Assembly (NCBI GenBank): GCA_047630175.1
Contig: JBLHVI010000007.1
Coordinates: 253 to 64,252 of the forward strand
Direction: 5' to 3'
Length of the DNA: 64,000 bases
DNA from: Candidatus Azotimanducaceae bacterium
GTDB taxonomy: Bacteria > Pseudomonadota > Gammaproteobacteria > Pseudomonadales > Azotimanducaceae
Shown: piece by piece, positions 51,994 through 63,500 of the stretch
Numbering within the stretch: position 1 is the first letter of the stretch
How the letters are laid out: the number at the start of each line of letters is the position of its first letter
Translations under genes and position numbers: made by a program
The notes under the pieces: model-generated
Database searches by the model: none
Told to the model about the DNA's origin: nothing
What the model saw: only the letters and a program-made list of their open reading frames with translations

Positions 51994-53481
51994 CTAGCCA
52001 TGCAGCGGCACCACAACATCAAATTGCTCCTGAGTGTAACTCGTCTCAACCTGCAGTCTTATGGTACACGCGAGCGTCTGAGACAAGTCTGCGACACTAA
52101 CAGCATCCTCATCAAGTAGACGATCAATCACTGGCTGCGATGCCATAATAAGACAACCATTACCGGTAAATTTCAGCGCTTTGCGCTGGATTTCACGATA
52201 AATTTCTAGGCATACCGTTTCTGTCGTCTTTATATAGCCCTTTCCATCGCAGGCATTGCAAGGCTCGCACAACACCTTGAGCAGACTTTCGTGAGTCCGT
52301 TTGCGTGTCATTTCAACCAAACCCAAATCCGATATTTCAGAAATATTCCATTTCACCCGATCTGACTGCTGACCTTTTTCTAGGGTTCTCAATACCTGCC
52401 GTTTGTGCTCCTCATCGACCATATCAACAAAATCGATAATTACTATACCGCCAATATTGCGCAACTTGAGCTGGCGCGGCAATACCGCTGCCGCTTCTAA
52501 GTTTATGCGATAGAAGGTTTCTTCAAGATCTTTGCGGCCGACAAATGCGCCAGTGTTGACGTCAACGGTCGTCATCGCCTCGGTTTGATCGATCACCAGG
52601 TAACCACCGGACTTCATCGGCACACTACGATTGAGGGCGGTGATGATCTGGTCTTCTAGATTATGAGCATCAAACAAAGGCACTTTCAAAGAAACAAGCT
52701 TCAGGCAACCGAGCTTCTCAGGAATAAAATCAACCAAAAAACGCTCGATCGCATGAAACACGTCCTGATTGTCCACCAGAATACTTGCAGTATCTCGATT
52801 GATAATGTCACGCATGGCACGCAAGTGAATAGGCAAGTCCTCATAAACTGTCGACGCCGCCGGCATGGCACGCGCGTCATCGTCAATCACCCGCCAGCGT
52901 TTGCGCAACAACTCTGCATCTCTTTGAATCTCCGCTTCGGTCGCCTGCTCAGAGGCGGTACGGACGATGAACCCGTCCGTCTCAGCGCCTGGATGAATCT
53001 TTGACATAATAGCCTGCAGGCGACTGCGACTCTCTGCGTCTTCGATACGTTGCGATATGCCAATATGCTTACTGCGCGGGGTATAAACTAAAAAGCGTGA
53101 AGCAATCGAGATACTTGTCGTCGCACGCGCGCCCTTGGTACTAATAGGCTCCTTGGTCACTTGCACGAGCATTTCCTGCCCCTCGCGAACCACTTGCTGG
53201 ATCGGCGGGTATTTCGCATCCGGATCAAAGTCGCCATTAACGTATTTAAACTGCGAATCAACCAAATCGGTGATGTGCATGAACGCTGCGCGTGGCTGGC
53301 CAATATCGACAAAAGCGCTCTGCATACCAGGCAGCACACGCACCACCTTGCCCTTGTAAATGTTGCCCACGGTGACCCGCGTGTGCGAGCGCTCAATAAA
53401 AATCTCTTGCAGTAAGCCAACTTCAACCAGCGCTACCCGAGTCTCTAGCGGCGACACACTAATAATGATCTCTTCAGCCAT
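51994..53481 (-). CDS. rng: Ribonuclease G
   Basis: A 495-aa ORF with an N-terminal S1 domain (GNIYKGKVVRVLPGMQSAFVDIG) and an RNase E/G catalytic core (...IVIDFVDM...). It lacks an RNase E-type C-terminal scaffold. Confidence 0.93.
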   Translation of the reverse strand: MAEEIIISVSPLETRVALVEVGLLQEIFIERSHTRVTVGNIYKGKVVRVLPGMQSAFVDIGQPRAAFMHITDLVDSQFKYVNGDFDPDAKYPPIQQVVREGQEMLVQVTKEPISTKGARATTSISIASRFLVYTPRSKHIGISQRIEDAESRSRLQAIMSKIHPGAETDGFIVRTASEQATEAEIQRDAELLRKRWRVIDDDARAMPAASTVYEDLPIHLRAMRDIINRDTASILVDNQDVFHAIERFLVDFIPEKLGCLKLVSLKVPLFDAHNLEDQIITALNRSVPMKSGGYLVIDQTEAMTTVDVNTGAFVGRKDLEETFYRINLEAAAVLPRQLKLRNIGGIVIIDFVDMVDEEHKRQVLRTLEKGQQSDRVKWNISEISDLGLVEMTRKRTHESLLKVLCEPCNACDGKGYIKTTETVCLEIYREIQRKALKFTGNGCLIMASQPVIDRLLDEDAVSVADLSQTLACTIRLQVETSYTQEQFDVVVPLHG

Positions 53482-54112
53482 GCTGAGTGCTTTCCCTTAG
53501 GGCAGGTGTTTGTGGTGCCAGACAATCAATTCCAAAGCGCGCCAGTCCAGCAGCAGTTTCTCGCAAAGGCAAACCAGCGACATTACTAGCACTGCCCGTA
53601 ATGGAGGTGACAAAAATAGCGCCGAGCCCCTGAATACCATAACTTCCAGACTTGTCCCGAGGCTCGCCACAAAGCCAATAACGCTCGGCATCGTTGCGCG
53701 TGAGAACACCAAAAGTAACCTGCGTTTCAACGCTAAAATCTTCCTGCTGGGCACTTGCGGGGCAAGCCAGCGTGACTGACGTCAGCACTCGATGGGTTCT
53801 ATTCGACAACCGCAGCAACATTTCTATACCAGCCGTTTCACTCACGGGCTTGCCAAGTATTTCGCCATCGAGCACCACGATTGTATCAGCACACAAAACC
53901 ACCAGATCTGAGTTCGCACGGTCAGCAGGATTCAATACAGCGAACGCGCTACTCGCCTTTTCGTTTGACATGCGTTGCACATAATTTTCAGCACGCTCGT
54001 TCGCCATTGGTGTCTCATCAATGTCGGGTGTAATGACACGAAAACTGAGATTTATTTGACGTAATAATTGGGACCGGCGCGGTGACGCGGAGGCCAAGAC
54101 AAGCTCTACCAT
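53474..54112 (-). CDS. maf: Maf-like nucleoside triphosphate pyrophosphatase (YhdE type)
   Basis: A 212-aa ORF with LVLASASPRRSQLL and ...GSYGIQG... motifs. It lies between mreD and rng. Confidence 0.9.
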   Translation of the reverse strand: MVELVLASASPRRSQLLRQINLSFRVITPDIDETPMANERAENYVQRMSNEKASSAFAVLNPADRANSDLVVLCADTIVVLDGEILGKPVSETAGIEMLLRLSNRTHRVLTSVTLACPASAQQEDFSVETQVTFGVLTRNDAERYWLCGEPRDKSGSYGIQGLGAIFVTSITGSASNVAGLPLRETAAGLARFGIDCLAPQTPALRESTQHG

Positions 54113-54186
54113 AGTTTTTCCTGAGAATTTTTACTGGCTACCGACTTAGCCGCAAATCTACTTCGATAACCTCGGTTTGTTCCGAT

Positions 54187-54678
54187 TCAGGTTACATGAA
54201 ACAAACGGCGGGCGTAACGCAAAAACAAAAATACCCAAGGCCATACCAAGGCGCTGACCACAGCGGGTAACAAATACCACATGGTCCATTGTGTCGACCC
54301 CGCGATGCTTTCGATCCAGAAGTTAACCAACTGGTTCAAGCCAATAATGGCGAATACAATCATGCTTTGCTGCCAGACAGCAAACATACGCAAGCGTTGA
54401 TAGAGGCTGGTCGCAACATAGGCAACGAGCAGCAGGGATAATGCATGCTGCCCAAGCAGGCTACCAAGCAGCACATCTAGGCCTAAACCCAATACCCAGG
54501 CAGCACCAATACCCACCCGATAAGGCAGCGCGATGACCCAATAAATCAACACAAGCGCTACCCAATGCGGCCGCAGGTAGCCGACCTCGTAAGGAATAAA
54601 GTCAGGCAGCGTGACAATACTCAAGATCATTGCCAACAAAAAACTCGTAATGATGACCCACGTCCCATGACTACGCAT
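54187..54678 (-). CDS. mreD: Rod shape-determining protein MreD
   Basis: A hydrophobic polytopic protein of about 163 aa starting at the ATG at 54678, one nt after the mreC TAG. It sits at the conserved mreBCD position. Confidence 0.85.
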   Translation of the reverse strand: MRSHGTWVIITSFLLAMILSIVTLPDFIPYEVGYLRPHWVALVLIYWVIALPYRVGIGAAWVLGLGLDVLLGSLLGQHALSLLLVAYVATSLYQRLRMFAVWQQSMIVFAIIGLNQLVNFWIESIAGSTQWTMWYLLPAVVSALVWPWVFLFLRYARRLFHVT

Positions 54679-54679
54679 A

Positions 54680-55501
54680 CTAAGGCTGCCCGCCCGCATC
54701 AACGTTGCTATCTCGCGTCAGGCGCGCTTCCGTAAAGACGAGGAGCACGTGCCGACTACGTGCCAGCGAGGCGCTAGGAAGGGCCGTCACCTTCGCAAAA
54801 GGCTTGCCAGGATCATGGACTACTTGGTCGACTACGCCAACCGGATAGCCAACCGGAAAACGATCACCCAACCCGGAACTAACCAGTAAATCACCCGCGC
54901 GTATATCTGCAGTGTCTGGCACATGGCTGAGTTCAAGACGGCGCGTAGCGCCCGTACCCCTGGCAATGAGGCGCAAATTACTACGTGTAACCTGCACAGG
55001 AACCGCGTGAGATTCATCGCTTACTAAAAGTACTCGGCTCGCCAATAAGCTGACTTCAATGACTTGCCCCATCAGACCATTGGCATCGAGCACCGGCTGA
55101 CCAACAAACACGCCGGACTGACTGCCCTTGTCGATAACAACTTCTTGGCTCTCAGGATCAGGATCAATACCGATGAGTTCGGCAACCAACACGTTATCTT
55201 GAAGCTTGGCCGCCGAGCCGAGCAGATCGCGTAGGCGATTGTTCTCTGCCGCCAAGGCAGACATTTTTTCAGTCTTCGCTCGCAACAGCAACAATTGCTG
55301 CCGCAAATCAACAATCTCGATCCGCATATCTCCGCGAGAGGCTAGCGCTTCCTGTGCAACAGTGACACTACGGCTGGGGTAATCAGCGATCACAATGATC
55401 GGTGTAACAGCCAGTGTCAGGATCGATCGTGTCTCGCCCAACAAATCCGTAAGATGATCAGTGCCAAGCAAACCTAGAGACGCGACGCTGAGTAGCAGCA
55501 T
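54680..55501 (-). CDS. mreC: Rod shape-determining protein MreC (the start is uncertain; see the finding on a possible ATA start at 55543)
   Basis: It has a coiled-coil (...LRQQLLLLRAKTEKMSALAAENNRLRDLL...) followed by two beta-barrel domains (...VIDKGSQSGVFVGQPVLDANGLMGQV..., ...GDLLVSSGLGDRFPVGYPVGVV...). Confidence 0.9.
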   Translation of the reverse strand: MLLLSVASLGLLGTDHLTDLLGETRSILTLAVTPIIVIADYPSRSVTVAQEALASRGDMRIEIVDLRQQLLLLRAKTEKMSALAAENNRLRDLLGSAAKLQDNVLVAELIGIDPDPESQEVVIDKGSQSGVFVGQPVLDANGLMGQVIEVSLLASRVLLVSDESHAVPVQVTRSNLRLIARGTGATRRLELSHVPDTADIRAGDLLVSSGLGDRFPVGYPVGVVDQVVHDPGKPFAKVTALPSASLARSRHVLLVFTEARLTRDSNVDAGGQP

Positions 55502-55706
55502 CTTGTAACCAATGTTTGTTTCTTCTCGGAATAAAGATTTTATAAGCCAGATCCCTTCTCAACCGAACTTAGCAGATAAACTCGGCATACCACATCAGCC
55601 ATCCATTGAGCTCCGCATTAACAGCCGCGCTCACTCACCTAACTTTCAGGAATCTGCTAACCACAACCCTCGTGCAACCGCGCTCAGACATAACAAATAC
55701 CTTTGC

Positions 55707-56807
<1,101 letters not shown>

Positions 56808-57152
56808 CTAGCGGGCACCTTATGAATTAGGTGTAAAAACCGACGTAACTGTATCATTTATTAAAGAAATCGTACAAGAAAACCCGCTGGCTTCTTATAA
56901 ATCTCTTGATACTGCTACCTTGATGCCCGTTTTGGGGGCGAATTCCCTGATTACAACGAGTATGGCGCCTATTTTTCGTGAAACTAGCGAATAGTTTGCA
57001 GTTGAACTGAATCCTTATTAGCATTCGTCGCCCGAGTCTTACCTAGTTCATTCCTGATTAGAACGCTTGATTTGGAAAACTCACCTAGAACCCGTGACGA
57101 GACAACTCAATCAGAAGACCTGATCAGACGACCTAACTAGCAGGAACGAGTA

Positions 57153-57497
57153 ATGACTCAACATGAAGGGCCACGTACAACTGGCCCATCCGCGAATAAT
57201 CAAGCAACACGCCATGTCGATGAGGCGATTGTATTGACCGTTGCTGAGCTTTCACAGCTTCACATAGATACGGGTGACATTCATCGCTGTGTACAGGAAA
57301 TGACGCAAGTACTGGCCCTTGTCGAGCAAATGCGCGACGTCGACACCACGGACGTTGAACCCATGTCGCATCCCTTCGACACGCGACAAACACTGCGCGC
57401 CGACGAAGTCACTGAAGCTGATCAGCGCGCCAGCTTTCAGGCGATCGCACCCGAAACCTCAGCTGGATTTTATCTGGTTCCCAGAGTGGTCGAGTAA
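57153..57497 (+). CDS. gatC: Asp/Glu-tRNA(Asn/Gln) amidotransferase subunit C
   Basis: The C-terminal 95 aa are typical GatC (...LALVEQMRDVDTTDVEPMSHP...LRADEVTE...YLVPRVVE). The ATG at 57153 has an AGGA Shine-Dalgarno 8 nt upstream and gives an N-terminal extension of about 19 aa. Confidence 0.9.
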   Translation: MTQHEGPRTTGPSANNQATRHVDEAIVLTVAELSQLHIDTGDIHRCVQEMTQVLALVEQMRDVDTTDVEPMSHPFDTRQTLRADEVTEADQRASFQAIAPETSAGFYLVPRVVE

Positions 57498-57504
57498 CCC
57501 GTAA

Positions 57505-58959
57505 ATGACTGAATTACATACCAAACCAATCTCCGAAATGTTGCAGGACCTTGATAACAAGGTCTATTCCAGTGTCGAGTTAACCAACCATTACCTTGAT
57601 CGCATTGCTCAATTTGATCCCGCACTGAACAGCTACATCACCGTGCTGGGAGAATCAGCGTTGGCTCGTGCGGCGCTCATGGACAAAGCCCGACAGCAAG
57701 GCACGCATGGACCGCTGGCGGGTATTCCCATCGCACACAAAGATATCATTTGTAGCGGTCGCACCTCGGCGGGTTCAAAAATGCTCGACAATTTTATCGC
57801 GCCGTATGATGCGACACTGGTTGAGCAATTGGAAAAAGCTGGCGCTGTCATTCTGGGCAAAACCAATATGGATGAGTTCGCCATGGGCTCATCGAACGAA
57901 AACAGCTACTACGGCGCTGTCCACAACCCTTGGGACAACGATCGCGTTCCGGGCGGTTCTTCTGGCGGCTCTGCAGCAGCCGTCGCGGCAGGTCTTTGCG
58001 CCGCGGCAACAGGGACAGACACCGGCGGTTCTATTCGCCAACCCGCATCCTTCTGCGGCATCACCGGATTAAAACCCACCTACGGCCGTGTCTCTCGCTG
58101 GGGGGTTATTGCCTATGCTTCCAGCCTGGATCAAGCCGGGCCCATGGCCCAAACTGCAGAAGATGCAGCGTTAATGTTACAGTCTATGGCTGGCCATGAC
58201 CCACGGGACTCGACGTCAAGTGATTTATTGGTCCCCAACTATCTGGCCAAACTCACACAATCCGTCAAAGGTCATCGCATCGGTTTATGTCAGGAATATA
58301 TGGAAGAGGGTCTCGATGAAGCCACCAGAGCCGCAGTACTCAGCGCCGCCAGTACACTAGAGTCTCTTGGTGCGGTTATATCTGACGTTAGCCTGCCAAC
58401 AACTACGCAGGCGATTCCGGCCTACTACATTATCGCGCCAGCAGAATGCTCGGCCAATCTGTCACGCTATGATGGCGTACGTTTCGGCCATCGCTGCGAC
58501 AAACCTCAATCCATTGAAGATCTATACAAACGCAGTCGCTCTGAGGGCCTTGGTCGAGAAGTGAAGAGTCGGATTATGGTCGGCGCCTTTGCTCTCTCTG
58601 CAGGCTACTACGACGCCTATTATCGCAAAGCCCAGCAAATTCGCCGCCTGATCAGTCAGGACTTTGCCCGCGCTTTCGAGCAAGTCGACTATATTCTTGG
58701 CCCCACGACCCCATCTCCTGCCTTTGCGATCGGAGAAAAAGTCGACGATCAGGTCGCTATGTACTTGCAGGATATCTATACCATTGCGGTCAACCTTGCC
58801 GGTCTGCCTGCGATCTCACTGCCCGCTGGATTCAGCCAAGGATTGCCCGTTGGCATGCAGTTGATTGGCCGACATATGGATGAGTCCGGCTTGCTAAACC
58901 TCGGCCATCAGTTTCAGCAGACCACTGACTGGCATCGCCAGCGGCCTCAACTCGTCTGA
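57505..58959 (+). CDS. gatA: Asp/Glu-tRNA(Asn/Gln) amidotransferase subunit A
   Basis: A 484-aa ORF with the amidase signature [15 protein letters not shown]...[12 protein letters not shown]. Confidence 0.96.
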   Translation: MTELHTKPISEMLQDLDNKVYSSVELTNHYLDRIAQFDPALNSYITVLGESALARAALMDKARQQGTHGPLAGIPIAHKDIICSGRTSAGSKMLDNFIAPYDATLVEQLEKAGAVILGKTNMDEFAMGSSNENSYYGAVHNPWDNDRVPGGSSGGSAAAVAAGLCAAATGTDTGGSIRQPASFCGITGLKPTYGRVSRWGVIAYASSLDQAGPMAQTAEDAALMLQSMAGHDPRDSTSSDLLVPNYLAKLTQSVKGHRIGLCQEYMEEGLDEATRAAVLSAASTLESLGAVISDVSLPTTTQAIPAYYIIAPAECSANLSRYDGVRFGHRCDKPQSIEDLYKRSRSEGLGREVKSRIMVGAFALSAGYYDAYYRKAQQIRRLISQDFARAFEQVDYILGPTTPSPAFAIGEKVDDQVAMYLQDIYTIAVNLAGLPAISLPAGFSQGLPVGMQLIGRHMDESGLLNLGHQFQQTTDWHRQRPQLV

Positions 58960-58976
58960 CACTCAGGATCACGATC

Positions 58977-60431
58977 ATGCAAGATTGGGAAGTCGTTATC
59001 GGTCTGGAGATTCATACTCAACTCAAGACCAAATCAAAAATATTCTCCGGTGCTAGCACGGCATTTGGTGCTGCACCGAACACTCAGGCCTGCGCTGTAG
59101 ACCTAGGGTTTCCTGGCGTCCTGCCGGTCGTCAACACACATGTCTACGACTTAGCAGTGACGTTTGGTTTGGGTATCGGTGCTGACATCAATCGCGTATC
59201 AGTCTTTGATCGGAAGAACTACTTCTATCCCGACTCCCCGAAGGGATACCAGATTACGCAACTTGACGCCCCCATCGTCGTCGGTGGCAGTGTCGATATC
59301 GAGCTCGCAGACGGTCATCGAAAAACAATAAACATCACCCGCGCGCACCTTGAAGAAGATGCGGGTAAATCTGTGCACGAGGACTTTCATGGCCAAACAG
59401 GCATTGACCTCAATCGCGCCGGCACGCCTTTACTAGAAATTGTCTCGGAACCTGAGATGCACTCGGCCGCTGAAGCAGTCGCTTATGCGCGCCTTATTCA
59501 TCAGCTAGTGACTTATCTTGGCGTGTCCGATGGCGATATGTCTCAGGGTTCTCTGCGCTGCGACGCCAATGTCTCCGTGCGCAAGCAGGGTGACACGGTT
59601 CTCGGCACCCGTACAGAAACTAAGAACGTCAACTCCTTTAAATTTTTGGAACGCGCTATCAACTACGAAGTTGAACGCCAGATCGGAGTACTGGAAAGTG
59701 GCGGACGCATTCATCAGGAAACCCGCCTATATGACGCCGACCGAGACGAGACGCGTCCGATGCGGAGCAAGGAAACCGCCACAGACTACCGCTACTTTCC
59801 CGAGCCTGACTTACTGCCGATTCACCTAACAGAGGACTATATTGAAGCCATCCGGAAGTCGATGCCGGAACTACCCGAAGCGAAGGTACAACGCTTCATC
59901 AAAGACTACGCACTTGAAGAGATCGATGCCCGGGTATTAGCCGCGAGTGTCGCACTGGCTGATTACTTTGAAACCGTGATACGCATTAGCGGCGATGCAC
60001 GTCTCGCCGCTAACTGGGTCAGGGTAGAGTTATTGGGCACGCTCAACCGAGAGTCTTTAACAGCCAGCAAGGAGACACTATCATCCACGGCGTTAACAGC
60101 CGAAGCACTGGGTACACTGATACTGCGTATTAACGAAGGATTGATTTCCGGAAAAATTGCGAAAACAGTATTTGAGGCACTCTGGACTGGCGAGGCGACA
60201 GACCCAGATACCTATATTGCCAGCCAGGGCCTGACTCAAGTATCAGACAGTCTTGCGCTGATGCCGGTTATTGATGACATCATCGCCAACAACCCACAAC
60301 AGGCCGAGCAATTTCGCGCTGGTAAAACAAAGCTAATGGGCTTCTTTGTTGGACAGGTCATGAAGGAAACCGGAGGCAAAGCAAATCCGCAACAGGTTAG
60401 CGAACTCATCCAACAACGTCTGAACGATTAG
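58977..60431 (+). CDS. gatB: Asp/Glu-tRNA(Asn/Gln) amidotransferase subunit B
   Basis: A 484-aa ORF with [13 protein letters not shown]..., [14 protein letters not shown]... and a C-terminal YqeY-like tail domain. Confidence 0.96.
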   Translation: MQDWEVVIGLEIHTQLKTKSKIFSGASTAFGAAPNTQACAVDLGFPGVLPVVNTHVYDLAVTFGLGIGADINRVSVFDRKNYFYPDSPKGYQITQLDAPIVVGGSVDIELADGHRKTINITRAHLEEDAGKSVHEDFHGQTGIDLNRAGTPLLEIVSEPEMHSAAEAVAYARLIHQLVTYLGVSDGDMSQGSLRCDANVSVRKQGDTVLGTRTETKNVNSFKFLERAINYEVERQIGVLESGGRIHQETRLYDADRDETRPMRSKETATDYRYFPEPDLLPIHLTEDYIEAIRKSMPELPEAKVQRFIKDYALEEIDARVLAASVALADYFETVIRISGDARLAANWVRVELLGTLNRESLTASKETLSSTALTAEALGTLILRINEGLISGKIAKTVFEALWTGEATDPDTYIASQGLTQVSDSLALMPVIDDIIANNPQQAEQFRAGKTKLMGFFVGQVMKETGGKANPQQVSELIQQRLND

Positions 60432-60539
60432 TGTCGAGCAATACGGGCGGTTAGCACCAAAGCTAACACCCTCCGTGATTGACGGCACTTATTTCGGCGC
60501 CCTCCGCATCCCAACGTATTGCCCGCCAGCTTGCACGCG

Positions 60540-61277
60540 TTATAACGCCGTCAGTATCCGCTCAATTCTTGCCGCGTTAGCACCAATATCACTAATTCCG
60601 ACTCGAGACACCGAGCGAATATCGATAGCGCTACCCATTTCTGTCGGCTTAACCCGCACCACGATATCGTCTTTGAAGCCAAACCAGAAGCTCGTAAAAA
60701 CTGCCTCGACACGACCGTCATCAACATTTTCATTAACCACTTCCATGCCTTGCGCTGTTAACACTGCAGCAACACGCGCCACGGCTTCGGAAGGCGCAAG
60801 GCTAGCGGCACGTGTCTTAATCTGCGGATAAGCTTGCAGCTGCATGCTCGCCAACGCAGCTGCCGACTCGAGACCTGCACCATATTCTAAAGAATTAGGC
60901 GCATCGGCTCGCAACCCGACTACCACGTCAAATGTGGGTGGATTCTGGGTATCGGTACTAATATCGTGAATGGCAGGTACTGAACGTGCTTTTATCATCG
61001 TCGGCCCCATAGCCAGCAGTGGCACAAGGCTAATCACTATCGCTATAAGCAACACGTTTCGATCCGGTTGCATACCACCACGCTGAGCGATAACAGCCAT
61101 AATGACCCCCCCCACCAGCACAAGAACCGCAATCGCCAAAGCCAGCAACAAAGACGCAAAAGATGGCATAAGCGGGGCAACGCCATACTTGTAACCAAGC
61201 GGGCTTGCGAACAACAACACGACGGCAAGGATGCTGGATACCAGCGCCAATTTACTCCACCAACTCGTTTCTTCCAC
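60540..61277 (-). CDS. DUF1499 domain-containing membrane protein
   Basis: It has N-terminal TM segments and a C-terminal domain with FKDDIVVRV...GSAIDIRSVSRVGISDIGANAARI, a pattern I recognise as DUF1499. Confidence 0.75.
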   Translation of the reverse strand: MEETSWWSKLALVSSILAVVLLFASPLGYKYGVAPLMPSFASLLLALAIAVLVLVGGVIMAVIAQRGGMQPDRNVLLIAIVISLVPLLAMGPTMIKARSVPAIHDISTDTQNPPTFDVVVGLRADAPNSLEYGAGLESAAALASMQLQAYPQIKTRAASLAPSEAVARVAAVLTAQGMEVVNENVDDGRVEAVFTSFWFGFKDDIVVRVKPTEMGSAIDIRSVSRVGISDIGANAARIERILTAL

Positions 61278-61572
61278 GTTTACCTTCTCCCTTGCTGTTT
61301 AATACAAATTGTTTTGTCTAATTGGTATTATCTGACTGATATCATTGACTATTAACTCTGACTGTTTTGGCCAGCCGCTCTATCTGACTTGCTTAGCAAG
61401 AGAAGCCAAAAAACAAAAACATCTAGCAGATAAATAAAACAACCAGACAATAGGCCCGTCTGTTGGATTCTAAATACGGCAGTGCTCCACTACGTTGCAG
61501 CCTGTCTGTGTCCAAGAACCGCCTCTTGGTCATCTTCGCCCAAAAGTTCAGGTGTCGCAAACCTAACGCACC

Positions 61573-62547
61573 TTACACCACTTTAATGTGCCAAGGCTCG
61601 TAACGCACCCCGAGAAGATTCTCCTTTGGATAGCGCATACCGATGTAGCCCAGATCAAGCAAACGTTTGAACTCAGCTGTCTGCGCAAATTCCTCGGTGA
61701 AGTTCTTTAACCCGAAACCAACCTTACCCACGTCAAAGTCACCAATACCGTGAAATGAATACCCAGGTGGCGCAAGACTACGCGACGCTCGCGACAAATT
61801 ACCGGTGGCCTGAATTGTCTTGGCCATGAACAGATGGCTTTGCTTAACAACGCTGCGAATACCCGACGTTAACTCGACGCTTGGTCCTAGATCTGCCCTC
61901 AATTTTTTGTAAAGTGTGTGAGCGTCGCCATTGAACAAAAAATGCCCGGTTCTGGATATTTTGCCGATCTCGCGCTGCGGAATCTCATGCGTCAAGTTGC
62001 TAATTACTTTATCGCCGAAGAAACCATAGCGACGCGCATCTGTTGTAAACGTCTCTTCAAGAAAATCGCTCTCGGCCAATGAAAATTTTCCGACCTTCGA
62101 AAATTTTGACGCGTATGCCAGCATGTCGTCAACACTGATCACATTGAAATTACCATGACCCACCAACTGCTGGACCCGACCCATACGTTTGAAAGTGGAA
62201 ATAAGCAGTGGGTACTGTTTACTTTCAAGAAACACATCATCTGCATCTGCGGCTTCAAAGTTCAACATCTTTTGCCGGTAGCGGACGACGTTGTAGTCGG
62301 GCACTAATGCTGGCGACGGCATTTGTTGGCGCCCCAGTTTACGCGCCTGAAACGCCTCGATCATGGCCTGCGCATCAGGCGCCGGTGTCATCATCATGCG
62401 AATAGACTGAGACAACTCTACGGGACTCGTGTCTATATCTTCATAGAACACACCGTCGAAGCCCTGCATACCGCGCCAGGCGAATTGTCCACCAACAGCC
62501 GTGAGAGCACCAACTGAGAAAACTTTGAGCATGCTCCTTCTATTCAC
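61573..62547 (-). CDS. Tat-signal peptidase M15 (VanY / D-alanyl-D-alanine carboxypeptidase-like, LAS fold)
   Basis: It has the N-terminal twin-arginine motif NRRSMLK followed by a hydrophobic stretch. The C-terminal part carries SGIRS, PGYSFHGIGDFDV and EPWH, matching the H-x6-D...H zinc-ligand pattern of VanY-type enzymes. Confidence 0.75.
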   Translation of the reverse strand: MNRRSMLKVFSVGALTAVGGQFAWRGMQGFDGVFYEDIDTSPVELSQSIRMMMTPAPDAQAMIEAFQARKLGRQQMPSPALVPDYNVVRYRQKMLNFEAADADDVFLESKQYPLLISTFKRMGRVQQLVGHGNFNVISVDDMLAYASKFSKVGKFSLAESDFLEETFTTDARRYGFFGDKVISNLTHEIPQREIGKISRTGHFLFNGDAHTLYKKLRADLGPSVELTSGIRSVVKQSHLFMAKTIQATGNLSRASRSLAPPGYSFHGIGDFDVGKVGFGLKNFTEEFAQTAEFKRLLDLGYIGMRYPKENLLGVRYEPWHIKVV

Positions 62548-62580
62548 TAACGCGCATCCTGTACCAACGAATTTTTGTTT

Positions 62581-63348
62581 TCATCGGCCGCCATCGACAA
62601 CGATCGTTTGACCCGTGGTAAAGCTACCCGCTGCAGAGGCAAGAAATGCTGCTACTCCGCCGATCTCTTCCGGCTCGCCAATCCGACGCAGCGATGCATT
62701 GGCGGTAGAGCTCTTGAGCGTTTCAGGGTTTTCCCACAATGCTCGCGCAAAATCAGTTCGCACCAGGCCAGGAGCAATAGCGTTAGCACGAATATTATGA
62801 GGGCCATATTCGGTTGCGATATTGCGCACCAGCTGCATGTCGGCAGCCTTAGAAATACCATAAGTGCCCAATACTGGACTGCCGTGTAACCCACCCACTG
62901 ACGACACCACGATAACAACGCCATCCTTACGCTCGACCATTTCTGGTAGTACCATCTGACAAATCCAGTGATTTGACTTCACATTTGAGGCAAGAATCTT
63001 ATCGAAGGCGGCATCAGGGATATCTGCCATTGACCCATAAAAAGGATTCACTGCCGCATTGCAGACAAGGATATCTATCTTGCCCAATTCTGCCCGAGTT
63101 TGATCAACCAAATGCTGCAATTGCTCTTTGTCGCCAATATGGCAGGGGATGGCAATGGCACCACCGGCACCGTCCTCAACCAATGCGTTAATCTCTGCAG
63201 CAACCGCCTCACACACATCAGCCTTGCGGCTTGAGACCACCACCTTGGCACCTTGCAACGCCATTTGCTCGGCAATAGACTTGCCAATGCCTTTCGTTGA
63301 ACCGGTTACTATGGCGACCTTGCCGGTCAAATCAAAGATGTTCTTCAT
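62581..63348 (-). CDS. Short-chain dehydrogenase/reductase (SDR) family oxidoreductase
   Basis: From the ATG at 63348 it has the Rossmann motif TGSTKGIGKSIA, NAAV, and catalytic Y-x3-K (YGISKAA). The ORF-track N-terminal extension is unlikely to be real. Confidence 0.9.
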   Translation of the reverse strand: MKNIFDLTGKVAIVTGSTKGIGKSIAEQMALQGAKVVVSSRKADVCEAVAAEINALVEDGAGGAIAIPCHIGDKEQLQHLVDQTRAELGKIDILVCNAAVNPFYGSMADIPDAAFDKILASNVKSNHWICQMVLPEMVERKDGVVIVVSSVGGLHGSPVLGTYGISKAADMQLVRNIATEYGPHNIRANAIAPGLVRTDFARALWENPETLKSSTANASLRRIGEPEEIGGVAAFLASAAGSFTTGQTIVVDGGR

Positions 63349-63500
63349 TCTGATATCCGTCCTGTTGTATGTCTTGCTAAAGTATACAGATTCGCGCCTG
63401 ACTTGACATAAACTATGCCATGCAATGCGATACCAGCAAAGGCCCAAACAAACATTTTGCTTTAGTAGCGCGCGAAATCAGACACCTATGGAGTTACATA

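Noticed and set aside
57153-57209. The N-terminal extension of about 19 aa on GatC
   Set aside because: It is supported by a reasonable SD, and there is no alternative ATG. The extension is short, low-complexity and of no obvious significance. It may simply be lineage-specific, or the true start may be an internal TTG.
61321-61395. Repeated TATCTGACT / CTCTGACTG words upstream of the DUF1499 gene
   Set aside because: These are short 8-9-nt words in an AT-rich promoter region, with no regular spacing or dyad symmetry. They could easily be chance.
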